A stretch of DNA of 64,000 nt, taken from contig WAMV01000007.1 of NCBI GenBank assembly GCA_015522145.1, positions 15,470 through 79,469 of the forward strand. The letters run 5' to 3'. Of this stretch, positions 1-9,538 are shown piece by piece (the stretch's first letter is position 1; each line of letters starts with the position of its first letter). This DNA comes from Candidatus Aenigmatarchaeota archaeon. GTDB lineage: Archaea > Aenigmatarchaeota > Aenigmatarchaeia > CG10238-14 > WAMV01. The notes beneath the pieces are model-generated. The model was not told the DNA's origin and did not search any database. It was given only the letters and a program-made list of their open reading frames with translations. Made by a program: the position numbers and the translations under genes.

Positions 1-924
1 ATTTGTTGCTTTCATTTCTATCCCATACTTAAGCCTTTTTAGGTTGGTTGTGTAGAGATCGTCGCCAACAACGAGTTTGCCAGTAAGGTTCTTAGTGAGT
101 ATAGAATGGCTTATAAAATCTTCTTGCTCAAAAGGATCTTCTATATAATGAATTCTAAACTTTTTTGCTAATTCCTGTATGTACTCTAGCTGCTCAATTT
201 TACTCAGTTTTTTGTTACTATAAGAATAGATTTTCTCATCTTCTTTCCAGATATTGCTTGCAGCTACGTCTAGGCCTATCAACATATCTTGTTCTTTTGC
301 TATGCTGTCTAGAATTTCTAATATTGTCTCTTCATCCAGCTTTGTTACCCAACCAGACTCTAGATTCCTGGCAAAGCTAAATGTTGGGTCTTTTTTTCTG
401 AATTCATCTGCTAACTTATAATAAATGTTAGAAACCGATTGTAGTGTTTTAACTATACTTTCTTGTTCTCTAGGGAGAACTAAAAATTCTTGAAAATTGG
501 TTTGTCCTCTCCAGCCACCTGCCATGTTACAAACTGGTTTAGGTATTTTAGGCTTAACCTTGAATAAATCCGATAAATATTGATAAACTTCCAAACCTTC
601 TTCACCAGCAAAAAAGTTTAAAAAAGCATAGGAAATTGCTAAGCTTAGATTGCTTCCTATAAAGCTAAAATCTTCTGTTCCATCTATAATCTTGAGTGTA
701 TCATCTACGTCGCTGATATCCTCAAACTTTTGATTTTTAAAGTGTCTCTTGATTATGTGGAATTTGTTTATCACTCTCTCTAATTCGAGAATTTTTGCTT
801 CATGTTTTCCTCTGCTAGTGCCTATGGGAGCAATACCTTTATACTTTCCATTAATCTCTACCTCTAATCCAAACTTTCCGTTAGTTAGCAAAACCTTTCT
901 TATTTCAATACTCTCTACTTTCAT
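1..924 (-). CDS. eno: enolase, divergent; 3' end outside the window; absent from the ORF track
   Basis: Manual translation from ATG at 924: MKVESIEIRKV...APIGTSRGKHEA...IDGTEDFSFIGSN...FQEF...IGLDVAAS...YIEDPFEQEDF...LVVGDDLYTTN. Overlaps the iPGM stop (ATGA). Confidence 0.9.
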   Translation of the reverse strand, partial: MKVESIEIRKVLLTNGKFGLEVEINGKYKGIAPIGTSRGKHEAKILELERVINKFHIIKRHFKNQKFEDISDVDDTLKIIDGTEDFSFIGSNLSLAISYAFLNFFAGEEGLEVYQYLSDLFKVKPKIPKPVCNMAGGWRGQTNFQEFLVLPREQESIVKTLQSVSNIYYKLADEFRKKDPTFSFARNLESGWVTKLDEETILEILDSIAKEQDMLIGLDVAASNIWKEDEKIYSYSNKKLSKIEQLEYIQELAKKFRIHYIEDPFEQEDFISHSILTKNLTGKLVVGDDLYTTNLKRLKYGIEMKATN

Positions 925-2102
925 AATTTCACATCAGGATACACAAGCTTCCAAAACTTCTTTCCAGATATGTTTTGATATTTGGTTTTTTGAGCGTTTT
1001 TTTCATGGAAATTTTTAACACCCTTTATTTTTTTCTTTGGATTGTATATCATGAATGGAACTGGGCCATGCATATGCTTTCCTGTTATACTTGATGTTAT
1101 GTGATCTCCTGTTATGACAATCTTTCCGTTGAAATTTTCTAATGTTTGGAGGTATTTGTCAAGTGTTTCGAAGAATTTAATTTTCTGTTTACGTTTTTTA
1201 TCATGACCTAATTCATCACATTTCTTGAGGTGAACTACTACCAGCTCGTTATCTATCATGACTTCTTCTAAAGCCTCAAAACTATTAGCTATGTATTTTT
1301 CTATGTTGTCCTCATGTTTTAACTCATAGATTTTGAAGCCAGCTAACAGAAAAACAGCTTTCACAACACCCCTTTCAGCTATACTCACAGCATTTTTTAT
1401 TTTCAGTCTCCTTAAAAATCTCGGAAAAGCAAATATTTTGTTACCAGGATCTCTCATGAGTAAATAGTTAGCAGGCAACATTCCAAGATCCCTTCTTTCC
1501 TTATTGATTGGATGTTTCGCTAATATTTGCTTTGCCTGCTCTAAAAAATCGTTTAGTAGTTTTGCTGTATGTAAGGCTTCTTTTTTTAGAGCGCTTATCC
1601 TCACAGGCGGCCTGCCTTCTTCCAGAGGATCATTACATCTAACCTCATCATTTAAATTCATTCTTATAACTAAAACTGCTCTGTGTTGAGAAGTATGAAA
1701 GAAGTCAAATGGGGCTTTAATCTTAACTTTTCTGTTTATGTCTTCGGCCATTTCTTTTAATCCATAATCGTCTCTACCAGCTCGACGGTCAACTATTACT
1801 CCGTTTTCTATAGTAGCAAAATTACACCTTACTGCTAGGTGCCCTTCTTTTAAATTATAATCTGATCCTATAGCTTCCAGCACCCCCCGCTTTAAATTTT
1901 TTCTTCTGACATCATAACCCAAAAGAGAAATTGTAGCGTAATGAGACCATACTGGAATTTTTTCGGGCAACAGTTGTAAAGTGCCTACTAAACTTTTAGA
2001 TGCCAACTTATCCCAAAAGGGTTTATTAGCTAGCTCAAGGGGTGTTTCTCCCTCATCAGCCAGACCATCTATGTAGAAAATTATTGTTTTTAATTTTCTC
2101 AT
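921..2102 (-). CDS. apgM: 2,3-bisphosphoglycerate-independent phosphoglycerate mutase (archaeal ApgM type)
   Basis: DGLAD, TPLELA, DRRAGR, DELGHD and TGDH motifs; next to enolase. Confidence 0.9.
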   Translation of the reverse strand: MRKLKTIIFYIDGLADEGETPLELANKPFWDKLASKSLVGTLQLLPEKIPVWSHYATISLLGYDVRRKNLKRGVLEAIGSDYNLKEGHLAVRCNFATIENGVIVDRRAGRDDYGLKEMAEDINRKVKIKAPFDFFHTSQHRAVLVIRMNLNDEVRCNDPLEEGRPPVRISALKKEALHTAKLLNDFLEQAKQILAKHPINKERRDLGMLPANYLLMRDPGNKIFAFPRFLRRLKIKNAVSIAERGVVKAVFLLAGFKIYELKHEDNIEKYIANSFEALEEVMIDNELVVVHLKKCDELGHDKKRKQKIKFFETLDKYLQTLENFNGKIVITGDHITSSITGKHMHGPVPFMIYNPKKKIKGVKNFHEKNAQKTKYQNISGKKFWKLVYPDVKL

Positions 2103-2122
2103 AAAGAATTTTTTGTGTCAGA

Positions 2123-2398
2123 CTAAATAAAACCCATGTCTTTTAGAATGGATAAACTGTAATCTTTTAGTTTTTTAGATATTGCAAGCTTAGCTTTGAT
2201 TATAGCCTTCTTAGCTTCAGGATTGTTTTTAGCAAACTCTTCCATTGCTTTAATAAAAGCGAACCCAGTCAACACCTCTCCCCAGAAAAATGCTTTTTGC
2301 ATGGCTTTTATTCTTTTTTCTTCTTTAGTTTCGTTCAAAGCTCTAAGTTTCCACTTTTTATAATAATGATATGCAATCTTGAAATGTGTTCCATTCAT
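2123..2398 (-). CDS. hypothetical protein (~91 aa)
   Basis: ATG at 2398 preceded by an AGGTGG SD; the track start (2458) runs through the promoter. Confidence 0.6.
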   Translation of the reverse strand: MNGTHFKIAYHYYKKWKLRALNETKEEKRIKAMQKAFFWGEVLTGFAFIKAMEEFAKNNPEAKKAIIKAKLAISKKLKDYSLSILKDMGFI

Positions 2399-2401
2399 TA
2401 T

Positions 2402-2449
2402 TAACCACCTAATAGTGGTTATAGTAAGAACTAGTATATAAAGCTTTCG
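2402..2449 (-). promoter_or_regulatory. BRE/TATA promoter with downstream palindromic operator
   Basis: Minus strand CGAAAGC-TTTATATA (2449-2435), then the inverted repeat TAACCAC-N6-GTGGTTA (2421-2402). Confidence 0.5.
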
Positions 2450-2468
2450 TTTTGTCACTACCTATTAG

Positions 2469-3731
2469 TTATAACTTAAATGTTCTGTTGTTGGCTATGG
2501 GCGCAACAGCATCAAATCCCATCTCTTCCTTAAGCTCTGCAGCAAACTCTTGGGTATGATCGCCATGAACGCAAAAAATCTTTTCTGGATTAACATCTTT
2601 AATAAATTGCAAAAGCTCATCTCTACCAGAATGAGCTGAGAAGTCAAATCTAAAGACTTTCATATCAAGCTCCAAATCCACATCTTCTGTTACATATCTT
2701 CCAGTCTCTAACAAAACTCTGCCAGGGGTTCCTTCAACCTGATAACCTGTAAGTATTAAGCTCGATTTCTCATCTTTGTAAAGTTTTCTTATGTAAAAAT
2801 CTATAGGACCTCCGTGAAGCATACCGCTGGTTGTTAAAATAATACATGGTTGTTTTATTATTTTTTTCCTTTGAGTTTTGTTGTTAACATACTCTACATT
2901 TTCTAGCGCATTTTCTAAAGATTTTGGATTTCTTAGCAATTTGTTGTGCCTATTTATTATTGTTGTTGCTTTTTTGGCCATTCCATCCATGTATATTGGG
3001 AAATTGACCTTATACTTTCTAAGTATTAAAAGCACCTCCTGCAATCTACCTACTGCAAAACCACTGACTAAAGCAACACCATCTTCATAAATAGTTTCCT
3101 TGATAACTCTAACAAACTCCTTTTCCTGCTCCTCCCTGTTTGGATGGTTCCTATCGCTATAAGTACTTTCAGTTATTAACACATCTACCTCAGGCAAATC
3201 TTTTTCACATCCCTTAAGGAGTCTTGTATCTATAGCGTTAAAATCTCCCGTATATAAAATGTTTTTTTCACTCTCAACATATACCATAGCAGAACCGGGA
3301 ATATGACCTGCATCGAAAAAAGTTATTGTAGATTTGCCTATCCTAATAGGTTTTTTATAATCCAGGTGAACGAAGTTTCTTATGGTTTGGTCTACATCAT
3401 CCTTATTAAACGGTAAAGGAAAGCCTTCTTCGTTAGAGATTTTTATTGAGTCGTTAAGTAATAACTCTGTTAACTCTTTGGTAACCTCTTGGGCATAAAT
3501 AGGTACATTATCTCCTCTAGCCACAAAAATTGGAAGTCCTCCAGAATGATCAAGATGGGCATGGGTAAGAAATATAGCATCGACATTGCCTTTAATTGGT
3601 ATGGGAAAAATTGGTGGCACCTCTCGAGGTTTGGTTCCATAATCGAAAACAATTTTCTCACTACCAGTATCTAAAAGTATAGCACTTGCTCCTACGCTAG
3701 CCATCCCACCATGAAAGCTTAGTTCAATCAT
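2469..3731 (-). CDS. MBL-fold beta-CASP ribonuclease (aCPSF2-like, no KH domains)
   Basis: THAHLDH, AGHIPGS, YTGD, ESTY, TSGML, FSAH and VHGD motifs. Confidence 0.9.
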   Translation of the reverse strand: MIELSFHGGMASVGASAILLDTGSEKIVFDYGTKPREVPPIFPIPIKGNVDAIFLTHAHLDHSGGLPIFVARGDNVPIYAQEVTKELTELLLNDSIKISNEEGFPLPFNKDDVDQTIRNFVHLDYKKPIRIGKSTITFFDAGHIPGSAMVYVESEKNILYTGDFNAIDTRLLKGCEKDLPEVDVLITESTYSDRNHPNREEQEKEFVRVIKETIYEDGVALVSGFAVGRLQEVLLILRKYKVNFPIYMDGMAKKATTIINRHNKLLRNPKSLENALENVEYVNNKTQRKKIIKQPCIILTTSGMLHGGPIDFYIRKLYKDEKSSLILTGYQVEGTPGRVLLETGRYVTEDVDLELDMKVFRFDFSAHSGRDELLQFIKDVNPEKIFCVHGDHTQEFAAELKEEMGFDAVAPIANNRTFKL

Positions 3732-3791
3732 TAAAATTTGTTATGGTAGTTAGGTTATTATTATTAACTTTCCTTTCCAATTGTTTTTTAT

Positions 3792-4724
3792 ATGAGAAAA
3801 TCTCGAAAAATTGAAAAGGTTGTTGAAAAAGTTTTACATCAACATCTTGCCGTAAAACCTTTTGAGAAATTAACAATAGTAAGTGATGATAAAAAAATGA
3901 AAATAGCCAAACACTTCTTCTCTTATGCAAAAAGAATTGCTATAGATGTTTCATGGTTTATGATGGAAGTGAGAAAAGAGGATGGAGAAGAGCCACCAGA
4001 GCAAATAAAGGCTGGTATGCTGGCTAGCGATGTCATAATAGCAATAACCTCTAAATCTCTAACTCACGCAAAATCAACAATAGAAGCAGTATCTAAAGGG
4101 GCCAGAGTTGCAAGCATGCCTGGTATAGAAGAAGAAATGTTGACTAAAGGTGCTATGACAGCAAGTTTTGAAAGTATTAAAGAAACAACACAAAATCTGA
4201 TGAGAAACTTGGAGGGGTCTAATTTTGTTGAAGTTAAAAGCTCCAACGGCACTAACCTATTTTTTAGTGTTAGAGGTAGAGAATGGTATGTTGATGATGG
4301 AGATTTGAGAGAACCTGGAAAAATAGGAAATTTGCCTTGTGGAGAAGTTTTCATAGCTCCCAATGAAAATTCTGTTAATGGAAAAATAGTATTTGATTAC
4401 TTTCCTGGAGTTAAAGGTAAGTTGAAATTGGATGTAGAGAGTGGAAAAATAGTTAAAACAAACAAGAAACTAAAATTGATAGAAGGTTTTGAGAATAAAA
4501 AAATGATAGGAGAATTTGGAATTGGTGCCAATCCAAAAGCAAAAATAATAGGAAACGTGCTAGAGGATGAGAAGGTTTTAGGTACTGTTCATATTGCTCT
4601 AGGGAGGAACATTGGATTTGGGGGAACATTAGATTTACCGTTTCACGTTGATGGAATAATTAAAAAACCGACGCTCAAAGTTGATAACAGAACTATTATA
4701 AAGTCTGGTAAGCTAGTCATATGA
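3792..4724 (+). CDS. M29-like (thermophilic metalloprotease) aminopeptidase
   Basis: GNLPCGEVFIAP, GEFGIGANP, EDEKVLGTVHIALG and HVDG motifs. Confidence 0.85.
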   Translation: MRKSRKIEKVVEKVLHQHLAVKPFEKLTIVSDDKKMKIAKHFFSYAKRIAIDVSWFMMEVRKEDGEEPPEQIKAGMLASDVIIAITSKSLTHAKSTIEAVSKGARVASMPGIEEEMLTKGAMTASFESIKETTQNLMRNLEGSNFVEVKSSNGTNLFFSVRGREWYVDDGDLREPGKIGNLPCGEVFIAPNENSVNGKIVFDYFPGVKGKLKLDVESGKIVKTNKKLKLIEGFENKKMIGEFGIGANPKAKIIGNVLEDEKVLGTVHIALGRNIGFGGTLDLPFHVDGIIKKPTLKVDNRTIIKSGKLVI

Positions 4725-4826
4725 TTTTATAAAGTAGTTTTTTCCTATTACAATTTAAGGGGGAATGATATGAACCAATCCCAATAATGAAAACAACTTC
4801 TTTGAGTTTTGGTGAGGTGTTAATCT

Positions 4827-6113
4827 ATGTTTGATATTAATTTGATTCGAAAAAATCCAGAGTTGGTAAGGGAAAATTTAAAAAGAAGACAAGAACCAAA
4901 GTACCTAGAATTATTGGACAGAGCAATAGAGCTTGATAGAAAATGGAGGGAAATAAAAACAAAAGCAAATGAGCTAAGGGCAAAAAGAAACAAACTAAGT
5001 CAAGAAATAGCCAAGCTGAAAAAGCAAGGCATGCCTACAGAAACTTTAATGGAAGAAGCTAGAAAGGTTGCTCAAGAAATAGAAAAGTTGGAAGATGAAG
5101 AAAGAAAGGTGGAGGAGGAATTAAAAACGGTGTTAATGAAAATCCCAAACATGCTTCACGAAAGTGTGCCTTATGGAAAAGATGAAAATGATAACGTGGT
5201 TGTAAAGGTTGTTGGCAAGCCACCAAAATTTAATTTTCAGCCAAAGAGTCACATAGAAATTTTAACCAACTTAGGATTACTTGATTTAGAAAGAGGTTCT
5301 AAAGTAGCTGGCAGCAGATTCTATTACCTTAAACATGAACTGGCTTTGCTGGATTTGGCCTTACAAAGATTTGCTATAGACGAGTTAAGAAAAAAAGGTT
5401 ATATATTAGTTGAACCGCCATTCATGCTGAATAAAAGAGCTTACATGGGGGCTGTCGATTTTGAGTTCTTCCAGGATCAAATCTACAAAATTGAAAATGA
5501 GGATCTCTACATGATAGCTACAGCAGAACATCCTATAGCAGCCATGTTCATGGATGAGGTTTTAAACGCTGAAGATTTGCCATTAAAATTTGTTGGTGTA
5601 AGCCCATGTTTCAGAAAGGAAGTTGGAGCTCATGGAAAGTATACCAAAGGCTTGTTTAGAGTACACCACTTCAACAAAATAGAACAATTTATATTCTGTA
5701 AACCTGAAGAAAGTTGGGACTTGCATGAAGAACTGCAAAGGAATAGCGAAGAACTTTACAAAAAACTTGGCTTGCATTTCAGGGTAGTTAATGTTTGTAC
5801 AGGTGATATTGGGGAGTTTGCTGCAAAGAAGTATGACATTGAAGTATGGATGGCAGATGGAAAGTATAGGGAAGCGGGCTCAAACTCAAACTGTACAGAT
5901 TATCAAGCAAGAAGATTGAATATAAGATATAGAGAAAAGCCTGGTATGCCACCAAAAGGCTTTGTTCATACACTCAACAATACTGCACTGGCAACCAGCA
6001 GAACAATGATAGCTATAGTTGAGCAGTATCAGCAAGAGGACGGAACTGTTAAAATACCTAGAGTTCTATGGAAGTACATGAACGGTATCAAAAAACTAGA
6101 ACCAAGAAAGTAA
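4827..6113 (+). CDS. serS: serine--tRNA ligase
   Basis: N-terminal coiled coil; ATAEH, FRKE, FRVHHF, NCTDYQARRL and HTLNNT motifs. Confidence 0.97.
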   Translation: MFDINLIRKNPELVRENLKRRQEPKYLELLDRAIELDRKWREIKTKANELRAKRNKLSQEIAKLKKQGMPTETLMEEARKVAQEIEKLEDEERKVEEELKTVLMKIPNMLHESVPYGKDENDNVVVKVVGKPPKFNFQPKSHIEILTNLGLLDLERGSKVAGSRFYYLKHELALLDLALQRFAIDELRKKGYILVEPPFMLNKRAYMGAVDFEFFQDQIYKIENEDLYMIATAEHPIAAMFMDEVLNAEDLPLKFVGVSPCFRKEVGAHGKYTKGLFRVHHFNKIEQFIFCKPEESWDLHEELQRNSEELYKKLGLHFRVVNVCTGDIGEFAAKKYDIEVWMADGKYREAGSNSNCTDYQARRLNIRYREKPGMPPKGFVHTLNNTALATSRTMIAIVEQYQQEDGTVKIPRVLWKYMNGIKKLEPRK

Positions 6114-6857
6114 TGTAAAAATTAAAGCTAATAAAAATGCTGGGGCAAACCTAACACCTTCCTTTACCCAAACATATTTTTTCTTTTTTCTTAACTCTTG
6201 TAACTCTTTCTTTGTGATTCCGCGCCAAAGTCTAGAGTCTGCTATTACATCTCCTACTTTCAATTTTTCTATTGGTATTTTTCTTTTCATAACTATTCTA
6301 TCAACTATTTTAAGGTAAGTCATAAGCAAATAAAGTAAAACAAACAAGCTGGATAGGGCAAATGCCAAAACTAAAGAATATTCATAGCTCAAAACAAAGC
6401 TATAAGGTAAGTAAAATATAATCAACAAAACAAAAAAAGCTAACATAAGTCTGTTTTTGTTTTTAACTACTCTCTCTGAAAAAACTTTTCTAACTTTTTT
6501 GTTTTTGAAAGAAATTACGAAAGAGTATGCTATAATGTACAAAGCACCAAAAACAAAAACGTTAAAGAGATAAAGAAAGGCTTTCTCAAATTCAAAAATA
6601 CTACCTAGAGCAAATCCAACAGTTGTTAAAATAGCTGTGTCGCCATAACCCCACTGTCCAGTTACGTAGAAAATATAGCCTATGGTATAAAAGGTAAGGG
6701 CTATTATCAGTGAGTTGAAAAATGTATTGTTGGTTAATGAGATTAAAATGAAGAGAAATGAGAAAAGGTATGGTAGCTTATCGTCTATCTCTGTTGTTTT
6801 CAGATCCTGGTAAGAGGTTATTATTAAAAACAAAAAAAGTAAGAGTAAGGTTAACAT
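6096..6857 (-). CDS. prepilin peptidase (A24 family)
   Basis: Polytopic membrane protein with QDLKT and WGYGD aspartates; C-terminal EGVRFAPAF. Confidence 0.85.
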   Translation of the reverse strand: MLTLLLLFLFLIITSYQDLKTTEIDDKLPYLFSFLFILISLTNNTFFNSLIIALTFYTIGYIFYVTGQWGYGDTAILTTVGFALGSIFEFEKAFLYLFNVFVFGALYIIAYSFVISFKNKKVRKVFSERVVKNKNRLMLAFFVLLIIFYLPYSFVLSYEYSLVLAFALSSLFVLLYLLMTYLKIVDRIVMKRKIPIEKLKVGDVIADSRLWRGITKKELQELRKKKKYVWVKEGVRFAPAFLLALIFTLLSWF

Positions 6858-6862
6858 TTTCC

Positions 6863-7006
6863 CTAGCTGTATTTTTTAAATCCTATGTCCTTATAGACTT
6901 CTCTGATGCATTTTCTACAGTAAAAAAGGTTGTATTTTTTGATGACACCTCTAGTAGAACCACATCTCCTACATGTGTACTTGGCTCTACCATGTGGCTT
7001 TACCAT
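6863..7006 (-). CDS. rps14: 30S ribosomal protein uS14 (47 aa; absent from the ORF track)
   Basis: Manual translation MVKPHGRAKYTCRRCGSTRGVIKKYNLFYCRKCIREVYKDIGFKKYS*; CxxC/CxxC zinc ribbon; GGTGAGG SD; expected position after uL5. Confidence 0.95.
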   Translation of the reverse strand: MVKPHGRAKYTCRRCGSTRGVIKKYNLFYCRKCIREVYKDIGFKKYS

Positions 7007-7185
7007 GCAGCCTCACCTAGTACTGTTATGGGGTCTTTATCCATGAAGAAATTTATTTCGTTAATTTTTTCCATAATGTCCAAATAAAAGTTTTTGTAGT
7101 TTTTTCTTGCCTCTGCTATTTTAAGCAGTATGCCTGAGAGTTTTATTACTTCTTCCATAATTTCCTGATTTTCTTCAAACAACAT
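7000..7185 (-). CDS. small hypothetical protein inserted between uL5 and uS14
   Basis: ~61-aa ORF overlapping both neighbours; GGTG SD upstream of ATG 7185. Confidence 0.55.
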   Translation of the reverse strand: MLFEENQEIMEEVIKLSGILLKIAEARKNYKNFYLDIMEKINEINFFMDKDPITVLGEAAW

Positions 7186-7678
7186 TAACACCAAACTCCT
7201 CCTTTAGCCATTTAATTACTTCTTCCTTACTAATTTTATGCTTTTTTCCTATTTTACTTTTTTTAACTTTTCTTCTTTTAACTCTGTAGCCTGGCCTTTC
7301 TAGTGTTATAGCAACATCAAAACCTAACATACCTATTTCTGGATCGTATTTCATTCCTGGAATGTCTATGTACTCTTTTATTCCTATGTTAATATTACCG
7401 TCTTTATCAAGCTGAGAAGCCTTTATGGTGTTATCCAAAGCTTTCAACACCTTTTTAAAAAACTCATAAGCATCCTGTTTCCTCAATGTTACTTTAACGC
7501 CTACAGGTTTGCCTTTAGCTATGCCAAAAGTGCTTCTTTTTCTAGAAAGTGTTATTACAGGTTTCTTGCCTGTCATTCTTTCCAGAATTTTCTTTGCTTT
7601 TTCTATTTTTTGCATATCACCTGCACAACCTACGTTTATAGTTACTTTTTCTATTCTTATCTGCTTCATGGAATTCAT
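7175..7678 (-). CDS. rpl5: 50S ribosomal protein uL5
   Basis: IEKVTINVG, GVKVTLR, YDPEIGMLG and ERPGYRV motifs. Confidence 0.97.
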   Translation of the reverse strand: MNSMKQIRIEKVTINVGCAGDMQKIEKAKKILERMTGKKPVITLSRKRSTFGIAKGKPVGVKVTLRKQDAYEFFKKVLKALDNTIKASQLDKDGNINIGIKEYIDIPGMKYDPEIGMLGFDVAITLERPGYRVKRRKVKKSKIGKKHKISKEEVIKWLKEEFGVNVV

Positions 7679-8373
7679 TCCACCACCGTTATTACGGGCT
7701 TTTCTTTACCTACTATAAACACGTCTCTTTTTAAAGCTTCTACTTCTTCGTTATCTATAACTAGAATTACTTTTGAGGGAACTCTAAACTTCCCTGGTTT
7801 TATCTCTTTAATTTTACCTAGCTTTCCAGAGCTCTTGCCTTTAAGCACCAGACCCAACATTCCTTTTTTGAATTCTAGTTTTTCTTTAATTTTGTTTTCG
7901 GGGATTTGAACTAGTAAGCTATCATGCGTATTATATTCGTTTTTATCAACCACAAAAGTTCTGCCGTCATGAGTTCCAAGTTGTAGTTTACCGCCTTTAA
8001 TTTTTTTCTTAATTTTAATTTTACAAAGTTTTAGGTTAGCTTCTTTTTTGCTAATTTCTACAACACTCAAGAATTTCTTTGATGAAACAACTCTATAACT
8101 TTTATCTAATTTTGGTATGGTTATTACATCAAACAAGCCTACTGGAAAACGATGGTCCTTTCTAACTCGGCCATCAATCAAAATTTCTCCTCTTTTAATT
8201 ATTTTTTTAGCATCTCTGTACTTCTCTGCTAATTGCAAAACATCTCTAACCAAAACAAGCAACGGTATACTTTCAAATTTAGCATGAGGTCCTGGTATTG
8301 GTGCCACTACATATTTTCTAGCCTTTTTGGGAACTCTCCAAAATTCTGGAGCTAATAATCTTTTTAGTTTCAT
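7675..8373 (-). CDS. rps4e: 30S ribosomal protein eS4
   Basis: LKRLLAP, PGPH, FPVGLFDVI and THDGRT motifs. Confidence 0.97.
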   Translation of the reverse strand: MKLKRLLAPEFWRVPKKARKYVVAPIPGPHAKFESIPLLVLVRDVLQLAEKYRDAKKIIKRGEILIDGRVRKDHRFPVGLFDVITIPKLDKSYRVVSSKKFLSVVEISKKEANLKLCKIKIKKKIKGGKLQLGTHDGRTFVVDKNEYNTHDSLLVQIPENKIKEKLEFKKGMLGLVLKGKSSGKLGKIKEIKPGKFRVPSKVILVIDNEEVEALKRDVFIVGKEKPVITVVE

Positions 8374-8738
8374 TCTTTAACCCCCAATTTCTCCTTTCTA
8401 TACTTATCTGAAAGGTCTAAATTTATAACTTTAAGGTTTGATGGATGAATGGGCACGTGATACTCTGTACCTACTGTTCTTTTTCTTTTAACCGTATCTA
8501 TGTAAACCTTGTATTTTTTGGTATCTATCCTTATTATTTTTCCTTTGGTTCCTTTGAAGCTACCTCTCATAACTTCGACTTCATCTCCAACCCTTAAAGG
8601 AACGCTTCTCCTTTTCAATTTTTCCCTTAATTCTTTTGATAAGTGAGCTGAAATGAGTTTTCTTCTTAAATGTAGAAAAGCGTTTATCAAAAATTTTCTT
8701 TGTTTTCTTGGTTTCTTGCTTTTAGGTCTTCTCATCAA
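8370..8738 (-). CDS. rpl24: 50S ribosomal protein uL24
   Basis: PRKQRK, GDEVEVMRG and IHPSNL motifs. Confidence 0.97.
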   Translation of the reverse strand: MMRRPKSKKPRKQRKFLINAFLHLRRKLISAHLSKELREKLKRRSVPLRVGDEVEVMRGSFKGTKGKIIRIDTKKYKVYIDTVKRKRTVGTEYHVPIHPSNLKVINLDLSDKYRKEKLGVKE

Positions 8739-9133
8739 ACCACCATAGTAGCTATTTTACCTATTGAGCTAAAACGTTCAACCGCTTCTTTAGCAACTGG
8801 GCCTTTAACCTCGCTTCCCATAGGGTCTCCTTTTTCATTTATCAAAACAGCAGCATTATCTTCAAAATAAACTCTTATACCATTTCTACGCCTGTACTCT
8901 TTTTTCTGCCTGACTATTACAGCACTAAAAACTTTTTTCCTAAGTTTAAATTCGCCTTTCTTAACAGTCACCTTAACTACAGAGCCTACACACGCTGACG
9001 GAAGTCTTTTTCTTCTGCCTTTATAACCAACAACGGAAATTATTTGAAGTAGTTTAGCTCCACTATTGTCTGCACAATTTATGTATGCACCTACTGGCAA
9101 GGCTCTTGTTACTTTTGCTTTCATTCCCTTCAT
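8735..9133 (-). CDS. rpl14: 50S ribosomal protein uL14
   Basis: CADNSGAK, FEDNAAV and GPVAKE motifs. Confidence 0.97.
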   Translation of the reverse strand: MKGMKAKVTRALPVGAYINCADNSGAKLLQIISVVGYKGRRKRLPSACVGSVVKVTVKKGEFKLRKKVFSAVIVRQKKEYRRRNGIRVYFEDNAAVLINEKGDPMGSEVKGPVAKEAVERFSSIGKIATMVV

Positions 9134-9483
9134 GATGCTTCACCTCTCTTGACAATTTCGAATATAACAAAATGTTTTGTTTTTGATAAAGGCCTAGTTT
9201 CTCCAATTCTTACTATGTCTCCTTCTTTAGCTCTTATACATTCTGGGTTATGAACAGTTATTTTGCTTCTTCTCCTCTCATATCTTTCATATTTTGGTAC
9301 ATAATGCAAATACTCTATCTCTACAACAGCTGATTTGTAGGCTTTGGCTGAAACAACTTTACCCTGCAATACCTGGCCCCTTATCTTAACGTGCCCATGC
9401 CAAGGACACTTATTATCACTACATGTTTCTTCAGGGGGCTTAGCATCTATGCCTATGTTGTTTACTTTTTGTTGTTTGGCCAT
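9130..9483 (-). CDS. rps17: 30S ribosomal protein uS17
   Basis: CPWHG, KYERYE and ETRPLSKTKHF motifs. Confidence 0.97.
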   Translation of the reverse strand: MAKQQKVNNIGIDAKPPEETCSDNKCPWHGHVKIRGQVLQGKVVSAKAYKSAVVEIEYLHYVPKYERYERRRSKITVHNPECIRAKEGDIVRIGETRPLSKTKHFVIFEIVKRGEAS

Positions 9484-9538
9484 TATCACACCTGTAATAA
9501 AAATTTATTTGAGCTTATCCCTTTAAAAATAAAATTGT

